In this document: piece by piece, positions 48,153 through 59,000 of the stretch
Numbering within the stretch: position 1 is the first letter of the stretch
Layout: each line of letters begins with the position of its first letter
NCBI GenBank assembly: GCA_051294905.1
Contig: CM119371.1
Span: forward strand, 31,930,001-31,994,000
Source of the DNA: Botryllus schlosseri
Taxonomy: Eukaryota
Reading direction: 5' to 3'
Length of the DNA: 64,000 nucleotides
Notes under the pieces: model-generated
Told to the model about the DNA's origin: nothing
The model's database searches: none
What the model saw: only the letters and a program-made list of their open reading frames with translations
Made by a program: the position numbers and the translations under genes

Positions 48153-49418
48153 GCCTAGTGGATATTATGCTCCGTATTAACAATAATTAAAATTCAATTC
48201 AGACTGGTTTGAGCGGAACAGATGAATTTTCAAGTATTTCACCTGTTTCCGTTGCCAGTATTATTCTGCTCTGGGCGCGAAAATGCATTTGTTGTTCGGA
48301 CTGCTTGCTGTTGTGCTTCTGATACCATCATCATCAAATTCCACTACAAGTACTTTTGGTATGCTTTAGGAATTGATACCTCAACTGGTTAGTGCGCATG
48401 AATTGAAATATTCTGCCTGCATTCGAATACCATCAGTCACTACTTTGACACTCTCAGGGTGTGTGGTGTGTTGATGTATTGATCTACCTCTACCGTCCCG
48501 ACGTGCTAAAAGTGGTAGAAAATTCTTATTGTCCAGAAATAAAAATATATCATGAATTGCCCCTGGCTGGCATCATTATCCTTGTAGGCACAAAACAGGT
48601 GGTTATTTAAACTTCAATTCATTGTTCATTGTTGTAATACTATACAAGGTGGTAATAGCATATTGGACTCTAAATCCAACTGCTCATGTGCGAGATATTG
48701 ACCAGTCCTAGCAGCCGCCACAATGTGAGCGAGGCTGCATTGGCCAGTATTATTTAGTATTAACCGTCAAATTTTCTCCTAAATGTGTACAATGGACATG
48801 ATGCTTGTGTCCCTGTGATAATGGTCAGAAATGAATCATTCAATTAAGACCCAGTGAACATTTGTTCCAGATATATGGCAATCAATGTGATCGATTATGA
48901 TTAGAAATCATGGTTACCCCGTGGCTTCTGTGTACTTCTACTAGTAACAATCCGTTTACATTTGAACAAAGGAAACAGGCACACTTTATTTACGACTTGG
49001 AATGGTGCATTCGTCCCGCCACTGTAGTATCCTCTGTGGAAGCCTCGACACTTCGTTGGTTCATCTTTGGAAACAAATCTGTAAATCTTTCACCCTAGTC
49101 TACATAGAACATTCCTGTTTAATAGCAGATTTTTCATTTACTGTACAGGCTGCATACTGTATTGCTTCGGAGACCATCATTTCTCTGCTTCTACTACAAG
49201 CACTATTATTATGCTTTAGAAATTGATACCGCTTACATTTGAATACCATCAATGACTACTACATTGCCAACCTCCGGTTATGTGATGTATTGAATAATAG
49301 ATTTGTGCGATTCTAAAAGCTGCGTTTCTTGCTGTAATCGTTTGAAATTTTTCGTTTGCAGCATTGATCCATAATATTCTAGATATTGAAGTCACGACTG
49401 TTGCACTGAATCACATGA

Positions 49419-49706
49419 GAGACGATAGAAACGACGGAAAGCGTCGTTCACACTTTCACTTGTGTGCCTTGAAGTCGACTTTTATCAAAATACACCAGCC
49501 AAGGCTGTGTCAACAGAAACAGTTAGTGTGTCATCTAAAAATAGTACATTGAACGCTTTTGTATTCGACATTTCGTGCTGGTGACGGCATATTTTGTGAT
49601 ACAATTGTTGATATACGTTGTATTTGAATTCTCTACTAGTTGCTGACGATTACCTCTGACGAGTGTCAGCTGAAAATATTCGGGTTCATTTCAATTATTC
49701 AATTCA
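49419..49706 (+). mobile_element. 288-bp retroposon-like insertion (Penelope-derived or retrozyme-like candidate)
   Basis: Flanked by actgaatcacatga (49405-49418) and actgaaccacatga (49707-49720), 13/14 direct repeat; ends in a TCAAT-like tail; 3' half recurs at about 61655-61790. Confidence 0.7.
49652..49685 (+). ncRNA. Candidate minimal type I hammerhead ribozyme
   Basis: ACCT-CTGACGA-GtgtcagcT-GAAA-ATAT-TC-GGGT: conserved core in order, palindromic stem III loop; stems I and II are very short. Confidence 0.45.
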
Positions 49707-50680
49707 ACTGAACCACATGAATGTCTCAGCCACAACGTCTTGCTGCCGAGTCATAAATGACGTAGCTCCTTCGCAACGCCGTGATGTCTTCAGTGAAAAT
49801 ATTTGCGAGATCTGCGGAAAAGGATCCAGGAGCAAGCATAACATGAGACGCCATATGATAATCACATTGGAGTAAAAAAGTTTTGAGTGTGAAATATGTG
49901 GCAGAAGGTTTTTGCGGAAGTCTCACCTAGCTTGTCATTCTCTATCCCACACAGGAAAGAAAGACTTTGAATGTGATGTATGCGGGAAGGCATTCAGCAA
50001 TAAATACAACATGAAATATCACATGAAAATTCATATCGGATTTAAAGAGTTTGAGTGCGATATATGCGCGAAGCCATTCATCGGCAAAAATCACATGAAG
50101 GATCACATGAAAATTCACCCCAAATTGAAAGAATTTGAATGCAACATCTGCGCTAAAAGATTTCTAAGAAGGTTCGAGCTACAATATCATTCTTCTTCCC
50201 ACATAGGAATCAAAGATTATAAGTGTGATGTATGCGGGAAATCGTTCATTGCAAAATCTGAACTGATATTTCACATTAAATCTCATGACGGAGTGAAAGA
50301 GTTTGGGTGTTCTATATGCGGTAAAGGTTTGGGTGTTCTATATGCGGTAAAGGTTTTCTAAGAAAAAGTAATTTGAAAACGCATTGTTTGATTCATACTG
50401 TAGCGAAACGTTACTTACAACTGTCATATATGTGGAAAAGATTTCAAACGAAAAGGTCAACTGATAACACATTGTTTGATGCACAGGGACGAGAAATAAC
50501 ACAAGTGCGACATTTGCGGTAAAGCATTTCGTCACAGGTCGCACATTGAAGTGCACGTGAAGAGGACTCACACAGCTACAAAAGAATTTGAGTGCGATAT
50601 ATGCGGGAAAGGTTTTGTGCGAAAGCGCGAGTTGAAGATTCATTATGCCATCCATATGGAAATGAAATATCACTGTAAGG

Positions 50681-51856
50681 CAGGGGTGGGCAAACTACGG
50701 CCCGCGGGCCGCATGCGGCCCTCCACACCGTTCTGTGCGGCCCGCGAGAGTATAAAGAAAATTATTAAAAATATTGATAAAATGCGTACTAAAAATCGAA
50801 TTAAAGCTGGGATTTGATTAAATTTTTCTTAGTATATTTCACAATGATAATCCTAAGGCAGTGGTTCTCAAACTGAGGCGCAACCCCCTTGAGGGGGTGA
50901 AACCATCTGAAGGTGAGCACGAAGCTAAGCTCAAAAAAAAAAATTTCGCGCTTCGCGCGATCTACATCCCATTCATACTGGTTACTCTGTATTTTTGTCA
51001 GAATTTCATATTTCAAAATCTCTCATCCACAGTCGTAACCTACCATGCCATATAACTATCCGTTAGGTTTGCTAGCATCGGTTGCGTATTGTGAAATGAC
51101 TATAGGGGGGCGTGAGCTCTTTTACCATCATAAGGGGTGAGGGCGTGTGTTAAAATGTTTGAGAACCACTGTACTAAGGTGAATACTTCGTATATCATTT
51201 TTATGTTCAATTTCTGGCGCGAAATCCCGATCTCAAGGCCCCCGCAGGTTGAAAGGTTTCAACTGCTAAACATCACAGAAATCCTAAACGAGATTTATAT
51301 AATTCGGATCGCTTGTGTGATTACTGATTGGCCAATCCATTATTTTAGTGACATGCTTATAAAAACGATTCGCGCGTGCCTTAGATAGATTCGTTCTCTG
51401 TGTGCGCAGAATTAGGGTATTTATATTTTATCTACACATATAGTAGAAGCGTGTTTGAAGCTAACATGGTTATGATGCTGTCAGTATTGTGTGTCCTGGA
51501 ACTGATCCAAAAGTGGAATTAGCAAATCTACGAACTTGTCACTGCTCACAGATTTAAATTTCATTCCTGTTCTAAGAATCGGGACAACCTACTTTCATCT
51601 CTATAGTTTTGACAAATTGGTTATTGAGGTCGACTAGCCTATGAAATCTCGTCACTGTTTCTGACAAGTGTAGGATATCATCAAAGCAATCTTTAGATTG
51701 TTTTAAATAAGCATATATGTTATCTCCTTGTCCTCGCTATATAATCAAATATCAATATTGCGTTTTGGTTTGTAATCCCAATTTTATATAGTGCGGCCCG
51801 CGAATGGATTCAGATATTGAATGCGGCCCGCGAGCTCAAAAGTTTGCCCACCCCTG
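50681..51856. mobile_element. hAT-type non-autonomous element inserted in Z14
   Basis: caggggtgggcaaac ... gtttgcccacccctg with perfect TSD ctgtaagg (50673-50680, 51857-51864). Confidence 0.95.
50859..51171. mobile_element. Nested CAGTGGTTCTCAA-family MITE
   Basis: cagtggttctcaaac ... gtttgagaaccactg; flanks tcctaagg / tactaagg (7/8). Confidence 0.9.
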
Positions 51857-52653
51857 CTGTAAGGAATATGGGAAATCTCTCACAAATCCAGCTTGAAAAG
51901 ACACAACATGATCCATATGAAAGTATGAGTGTGATATACGTGGAAGCGTATTGTTGAAAAGCCTTTTCTATTGTGCATAATTTTTCACTTCATGGAATTG
52001 ATGGACAATTAAGATTTGACAGTTTATGAAATGATTCAGTAGCTGTCATATATTTACTTGCTTTCATCTGAGTGAACGTTTTCGTCAGTAAAGTGTTATT
52101 TCCATACTTATCCACGCTGTGGGAACTCGTGCTGGACTCTATTGTTTGAGAACAATCCTAATTGAGCATCGATTATAATGATTTGAGCTGTGTTTTAGAG
52201 GTGATTTTTTTCGAGTTTTGACAGTCCTTTCAAGCGTTCAATGCTTTGAACGTTGGGACGTCGTACTACAGCATCCAAAACATGCAGCATGAAGATATGA
52301 ACGTTAGTAGCATTAAAGTACACATTTCAACTTAATTATCCATACTGTTATAACATATAAACGGGTAAAACATTACTCGACCCTAGCGGAATGACCTCGA
52401 CCTTCCTTCGAGGATGCTGCTTATAGACTTTTTTGATAGCTTTGGAACATTTAAAAGTAGTGTTAAACCATGTCTCCTGTTGAATTATAATTTATATTAT
52501 ACTCCGTATTTACAACTGTCATCCGAAAATGGGACATTGTGCTGGCTTTTTCATTATGCAAGAAAAAAGACCATCGCTCTATCAAATATGCCGGACATGC
52601 AGTGTGGAACAGTATCTCGCCGGCTATCCGACAGTTATTTAGCATTATCATTA

Positions 52654-53328
52654 GGGCTCTTATAAAATGACTTTTTTTTCTCAAATCGTACTGGCTACTT
52701 GATAAAATTGTTAGGTTACCTAACTTGAGCCTACACAGCAAATTTGGTTAAATTCCAACCAGTAGCCGCATTGCTACAGGAGAAGAAAGTTTCTATTTAT
52801 TGTATAAAAATAAATACCGAAAAATTTGAAAATTTTCTGTTCACCCCATGACAGTGTTAGGTTGTGTATAGAAACGATGTTCACCAAATTTGGTTCAATT
52901 CCAACCAGTGGAAGCGGAGTTATTGCCTCCGAAAAATTTGGATTATGAATAAAATAGTGTTTACGGTGACCAATTCTTTAATTATTAATTATAGTGGTGC
53001 CCACCGTAAATACTATTTTATTCATAATCCAAATTTTTCGGCGGCAATAACTCCGCTTCCACTGGTTGGAATTGAACCAAATTTGGTGAACATCGTTTCT
53101 ACACACAACCTAACACTTTCATGGGGTGAACAGAAAACTTTCAAATTTTTTGGTATTAATTTTTTTCTGTTTATTTTTAGATAATAAATAGAAACTTTCT
53201 TCCCCTGTAGCGATGCGGCTACTGGTTGGAATTAACTAAATTTGGTGTGTAGGCTTAAATTAGGTAACCTAACAATTTTATCAAGTAGCCAGTACAATTT
53301 GAGAAAAAGAGTCGTTTTTGAAGAGCCC
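52654..53328. mobile_element. 675-bp almost fully palindromic MITE
   Basis: TA|gggctct ... agagccc|TA; arms pair to a loop near 52970-53000; paralogous sites at about 36475 and 42415 are empty. Confidence 0.9.
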
Positions 53329-53629
53329 TAACGAGCATGCTCACATTCAAGTCGAAATACAAACAAATTCTACTGAATCAATACTCCAGTTTACCGGATC
53401 ACGACCTGACATCGATCTTGCTTTTCGACTCATGCTAGTCACGTCTTTTTGCACATGTCCTTTTATATTGTCATCTCTTAATGCTTCATGTTTTACGTTG
53501 CTTAGGCCAGGTGGGGTGTCTGTTTTCGTAGTCGTTTCGACATCTTCCTATCTTTCTCTCTCGCAGTCCAGTGGTGTATTGAAATAATGAAATTGTTACC
53601 AATAATTAATCGAATTGAAGTTTTTATTA

Positions 53630-53758
53630 TGTAGCGATGTTAGGGGAAGCAACAGCAAGTGATACATACACTCTCCCGCTAGTTATCCGTATATGCATGT
53701 ACTAGGAGACAGCCAACACGTACTAACAATCACTCTCCTCCATCATCGAAAACTTACA
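53630..53758. mobile_element. 129-bp unclassified insertion with TGTA...TACA ends
   Basis: Exact 8-bp flanking repeat ttttatta at 53622-53629 and 53759-53766. Confidence 0.5.
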
Positions 53759-54986
53759 TTTTATTACAAGACTGCAAGTGGTGAAAATATCATGAAAATA
53801 CGGAAAAACGCATTTTGCTCGCACATACACTTCATCGGCTTTTAATACATTCAATAATACTACCCGTATAGAGGCTTTACGGTTGATTTTGTGATTATTA
53901 GTAATATTATACTGGGTCTACTAAAACAGCAGCAGTAAGAAAGAATTAAACTGATTCGTAGAATTGTCAACTTCATTTAAGGTCATCATTCTGGGCGTAC
54001 CTTTAACGTGCGAAATAGCAGCTAAAGTTTAATAAACACTGTTCTAGTCAACAACCAAGAACAAGTAATATTTCATTAGATGTGCAACGTAATTTGTCTA
54101 GTAATACTGAGCAATTGGTAGTGTTATGTAACAACCTATTTAGCGCGCAAATTCTTCGATAAGACAGTTTCTGATTTCGTGGTGGTCGGAAAAATATATG
54201 TTCCCACAACCATGGTCCCACGACTAACAAAGTCTTTTTTCTGGCATTCGGATACATTCCTTGAGCAAATTACAGTAAAAAGAGTTGATATGAAGCAATT
54301 AACGCTGTAGAGTTGTTGATGACAACTGTAACGGAATTATATAATCTTTGAAAGAGCAATTCATGAACGTTTCAAACGGCCCAGGGACCTTTTTCACACG
54401 ATCGCCGATAAAACATACCGTAAAAACGTCGCGCACAATGGTTATTATATATACAAGGCTTGCCGTGATCTCACAATGAGCAGAGAATCGTACAGAGAAC
54501 AAAGCTTCGAGTACAGATAAAAAAAACAGTGTAAAAGAGTCGAACCGATCGCAAAATAGATTGGTGTAGAGAAGTGATTTAGAAAAAGCGAAGAAAAAAC
54601 ACACCGGCACACGATGAAAAAAAAAAGATTGCTCAAAGTCGTATAGGCTTTTACACGAGACTCTTTGACCAATGTCAGTACCGTGTATAGAAACGCGAGC
54701 GATGATAGATGCGCGCATAATTCAGACCCATGATTTACGTCAGAGGTAGAGGGTGGTGATAAAAAGATTTTGTGATATGTACCGTAGCAAAAGGATCACA
54801 AATCTAAATAGTCTTTAACCTAATACATTTGCAATAAGGTGGGGGCAGAGGGCAAAATTCCACATTTTCAACATAGTGTCTTCACTACATACACTAGAGG
54901 TGGTTAAACCACCATTCCGCACGCCCGCGGCCCGGCCCTAGTTTACATGGCAGATTCGGATTCGATACATCCGTTATCGCCGACAC

Positions 54987-55166
54987 TCATTCGAAATTCT
55001 CCCGAGTTGTGGTAGCTGTGAAATTTACTGTCCTGTCTGCGGTGTCGACGAGCACCATGTCGTCTTCCGAGTGAGTATCGTCGTCCGCGAGCTCGTCGTG
55101 CTCGAGCAGCTGAGTCTTCTCGGACGTTTGTTGGTTGTTGCGGGCGAAAATTCGCTGGTACGTGTT
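54987..55166 (-). CDS. LRP-like receptor, last coding exon (cytoplasmic tail)
   Basis: Acceptor accacag, phase 0; NTYQRIFARNNQQTSEKTQLLEHDE...ENFE, TGA at 54989-54987; YxxI and ExxxLL sorting motifs. Confidence 0.85.
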   Translation of the reverse strand, partial: NTYQRIFARNNQQTSEKTQLLEHDELADDDTHSEDDMVLVDTADRTVNFTATTTRENFE

Positions 55167-55229
55167 CTGTGGTTATAGACACAGGCGTTCAGACACTGAA
55201 GCACTAATTTAGACTGCTTGAAAGGGTCG

Positions 55230-55890
55230 GGGTGACTCAAGTCGTGGCTTAACCGGAGTCGGACTTAAGGCAATACTACTCAAACTTGAGTACCGAACTC
55301 GACTTGACTAGTTCACAGTGTTGGCATGACTGAAGTCATGACTTGACTAGGCCTGAGTCAAGACTACTTGAACTTGACTTGAGTCGTGACTCAGCTGGAG
55401 GCAGGATTACCTAGACCTGACTAGTTCACAGAGTTGGGATGATTAAAATTCATGACTTGATTTGACCTGAGTCAAGACTACTTAAACTGACCTAAGTCAT
55501 AACTTAACTGGAGTCAGAATCAAGGCGAGACTACCTAGACTTGACTAGTTCAGTGTTGGGATGACTCAAGTCATGACTTGACTAGACCTGAGTCAAGACT
55601 ACTTCAACTCAACTTGAGTCAGACTCGAGGCAAGATTACCTAGACTTGACTAGTTCACAGTTTTGGGATGACTTTCAAGTCATGACTTGACTGGACCTGA
55701 GTCAAGTCTACTTAAATGGACATAAGTCTTAACTTAACTGGAGTCAGAACCTAGACTTGACTAGTTCACAGTGTTGGGATGACTTCGAGTAATGACTGGA
55801 ACTGAGTCAAGACTACTCAAACTGGACTGCTAACTTGGTCTCGACTACTTGATCGTGTTGAGTTGACTCAAGTCATGTGTTGACTCCAGC
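55230..55890. repeat. Intronic tandem array, five 105-124-bp units rich in GACTTGA/GAGTCAAG
   Basis: Anchor gac(t/c)tgactagttca at 55301, 55414, 55538, 55643, 55754. Confidence 0.9.
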
Positions 55891-56088
55891 CGCGTTTTAG
55901 GAGTGGCTCCAGTTACTGCCGTAGAATCAATTGACTACTATTGACGTATATAAACATGAAATGACTCGTGACTCATGCCACGGAATTACTACTGCTACTC
56001 AAGAACCCACACTAGTAACATCGACTACCTCTGTTCTCATTTACATATGAATATTATCGATAATATTCACAAACTATATTCAAGTTAC

Positions 56089-56242
56089 CATCTCTGTCGA
56101 GGTGCCCTCGTTTGAATCATCCGGCATGATGACCTTGGCCTCGCCCTGTCCCGGCATTTGGTCAGCCACCAGGGCCGTGGTGCTGGGTTGGAATTGGACG
56201 TACAGCGGATTGGACCGGGCGTTCATCCTTTTATGGGAGAAC
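56089..56242 (-). CDS. LRP-like receptor, proximal cytoplasmic exon with NPxY
   Basis: tttcag acceptor, phase 2 in and 0 out, gtaact donor; GFSHKRMNARSNPLYVQF..., resembling the LRP1 GFQHQRM...NPTY segment. Confidence 0.9.
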
Positions 56243-56359
56243 CTGAAACGTTTGCAGGATTAAAAGTTGTATTTCACATATTCCAAGCGACAGAAATGGG
56301 AATGGAAAATTTTAGGGTTCAAAACCGAGCATTTTACAGAGATGGGATTAATATTCAGC

Positions 56360-56815
56360 CTAACTCCTATATTGGTGGAGCTCTTCACATTACAGACATA
56401 TGTGATCCACAAAACCAGTTGAAAAGTAAGTTATATTTGGTATATGGTCATATATGTTATATGGGCTCAAAGCTTCAATGTCGGACATATGCGATCCACA
56501 GTTATCATTTGAAAACAAGTTATGTTTGGTACATAGTCATATGTGATATACAATAATCATTGTAAACTGTCATATATGGTATATGGTCACATATGTAATA
56601 TAACGTAGATGATATATTGCTCAAAACTACTATATTGGTTGAGCTCTACACATAACAGACATATGTGACCTCCAATAAATCATTTCGAAATTGTGTTATA
56701 TATTATACTTGTCATATAGTTATGATTAGATATGTTGCATGAAGAATATGTTATATAGGCTCAAAAATCTTACATCAATTGATCTTTAGAGATATGCGAT
56801 CCACAATAATTGCAT
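56360..56815. repeat. Degenerate AT-rich intronic tandem repeat
   Basis: ctatattggt(g/t)gagctct at about 56366 and 56629; recurring gacatatg(t/c)gatccaca and tggtatatggtca. Confidence 0.6.
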
Positions 56816-56859
56816 GAAAACTAGCAGGCAAACCCGTCTATTGTTAACCTGACACTTAC

Positions 56860-57032
56860 CCCCCATATCTCTTGTACCTTCTGAATAAGAAAATACCACC
56901 GAGAACTATAGCAGCCAGAAGTACGAGGGAAACGGCTACGATCGCAGTAAGCGTTGTGCCACTGTGACTTGATAGTAACGTACCGTCCGTGGTGATGCGC
57001 ATTGGTACGGTATTGTGAGGCCACACAACCAC
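56860..57032 (-). CDS. LRP-like receptor, transmembrane exon
   Basis: ctgcag acceptor phase 0, GTAAGT donor phase 2; TLTAIVAVSLVLLAAIVLGGIFLF followed by RRYKR. Confidence 0.9.
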
Positions 57033-57252
57033 CTGCAGATATACATGAAATAGGTCGGTTTTGCTGACAAGCAAATAGGTAAATAATACGTAGATCTATT
57101 CTATCATCAAGAGTAGCAAAGTGGTTTGGCTTGGCACTCAGCATTATAACAAGAGTGATGGTGCAAGACTTGAAAAACCTCACAAGGCTAATTCTGCACC
57201 TTCCATGTCCAGCAGCATATGCGCATCACGCACTCATGGTATGCATATTCAC

Positions 57253-57730
57253 TAGGGTTGTCCAAATTTCAAAAATCTTTTAAAATGCTCCGTGATAGTG
57301 CCTCATTCTATAGTTTATTGATAGAAAACAGTAATGAACCTGAAAGAGGCTCACAGGAAAGCCGTTATTGTTTCGATCAAAGTGTTTGAAAGTAGCTGCC
57401 CAAAATGGGTGTGCCACCGACCATAGAACAGCAAGAAGACTAGTAATCACATAACCATGGCTTGCTTCAATGATCACGACAGCAGCACCTTGCTGATTAG
57501 GTGGTCAAGGAGTCTGCTACCAGCGGGGATTCTGAAAGCCCATTGTTGGTAGGTTGGCAGAAGACGAATTGAGATTAATTCAGGACATGTTGAGGTACAT
57601 CATGAACAAACAACAGCTGCTTCACAAAAACTTCTACAGCATGACCGCTGTAGCTGGAAACGGCTGTAGCTTAAATGCCGTGCTTTCATCGAGGGCAAGC
57701 AAAGGGATCCATCATCATTGAATGCAAATA
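57253..57730 (+). mobile_element. Possible decayed hAT/ZBED fragment in intron
   Basis: Starts tagggttg; a stop-interrupted plus frame loosely resembles a BED-finger transposase N-terminus. Weak. Confidence 0.25.
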
Positions 57731-58029
57731 TAAAGCTTAACAATGGCACTATACTTTGTGTGATCTTATTGGGCGCAGTAGTATATAGGTGATGTTTTGA
57801 ATGCTCTAGGGATCGGTTGAATTGGCCGGTTATGCTTGGCACTTATAAGATACTCACACCAAATTGAATTCACTTGTAAGTGTTATCAAAGTCGTTAATG
57901 ATGACATGACGCAGAAAAGAGGTGTAAATGTAAGCACAGCCTATGATGATAGACACTATGATAGACGAAATACCGATCATGTGATGACTTTACTATTCTT
58001 TGAAGTTACAATGAAATGTCTGTCTTGGC

Positions 58030-58170
58030 CGCCCTAGTCTCGAGTCACAATGCACAATGACTCAGGTACAAGTCGAGTCAATACACAAATTCACTGGAGT
58101 CAAGTCGAGCCATTTTACGAGTTTGAAAAAATGACTTGAGCCACCAAAAATCCATGACTCGAGTCATGAC
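58030..58170. repeat. GACTCGAGTC-rich transposon end fragment (similar piece at 60165-60225)
   Basis: Clusters of ctcgagtc, agtcgagtc, gacttgag, as in the 55.3-kb array. Confidence 0.5.
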
Positions 58171-58341
58171 AAATCTGCGCTCCGCTAAATATATTACAAT
58201 TTCATATCTCAATTGCTAAATGCGAAAAGTTGGACGTCCATTGAAAACGTTTTGGTGTCTTAGCACTGGGCCATGGGTATTGGGTACACACATGTACATG
58301 AGTGTCCTACCAATGCTGACCACCCCTACAGAAACTCTTAC

Positions 58342-59000
58342 CTGCATAGGCTCGCAATGCGCCACCCCCGACCTCGAAGTCTTCTTACAAATAAGCCCGG
58401 CGTCACACTGGCACTCGTCCACACAAGCGTACCGCCCCGGACCGGCCGCCAGGCATAGCTGCGTCCCGGCACATTTTCCACAACCGTCCCGAGCCGACTT
58501 CTCAAATTCGCCCAAAATTTCAGACCCGACAGGACGCAACACTGTCAAGGCAGGTCTGGTCAACGCGGCATCTAATATCCAGTCGATTTTGCTAATGTCC
58601 CTATCCTTTGAGGTCATGTACGCATTTTCGGCCAGCGGGCCGCCTAAATACGCGTACTTTTTGACCCGGAAAACTTTGTTCGTTGAAAACGTGGTGCCAA
58701 AAATCCAATCGCCAGACACCGTAATTTTATACGGTTTTTCATCCCCGAAATCGCGGACCAAAATCCGTTCTGCCCCGTCTGAGTTCGAGCTTTCGATCAC
58801 GCGCTTTTTGGCGTCTGCCCAAAACAGCCGGCCCGTGTGGAAATCGACCGCCACCCCAGAGGGATACTCCAGACGCTGGCCCACCACTGTACGACCTTCG
58901 ACTCGGGACTTGACGTCTCGTTTTGTGCGTTTTTGGGGCACGGTAGAATGGTAGCGTATGATTCTGGCCCGGTGGCCGATGTCCGAAACGAAAATATAAC
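58342..59000 (-). CDS. LRP-like receptor, YWTD repeats 3-5 plus Cys-rich EGF-like region
   Basis: ttttcag acceptor phase 1, CAG|GTAAGA donor phase 0; GYIFVSD, PSGVAVDFHTGRLFWADAK, PYKITVSGDWIFGTT; 8 Cys. Confidence 0.92.

Larger units (their letters stand above)
49362..51930 (+). pseudogene. Z14: disabled paralog of Z11/Z13
   Basis: 288-bp insertion in the leader, frameshifts, 26-bp tandem duplication (50301-50352), stops, and a hAT element inside the last finger. Confidence 0.9.

Noticed and set aside
143-50673. Many minus-strand ORFs overlapping the ZF cassettes (e.g. 17662-18027, 20566-20880, 41316-41936)
   Set aside because: Antisense shadows of repetitive C2H2 codons; no independent motifs.
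56158-56556. 132-aa plus-strand ORF
   Set aside because: Overlaps the NPxY exon in antisense and runs into a degenerate repeat.
57280-57477. EF-hand-like FKHFDRNNNGF in a short minus ORF
   Set aside because: The loop lacks the closing acidic residue and no splice sites place it in the receptor.
58220-58954. 244-aa plus-strand ORF
   Set aside because: Antisense shadow of the GC-rich receptor exon; the minus frame has YWTD motifs and matching splice phases.
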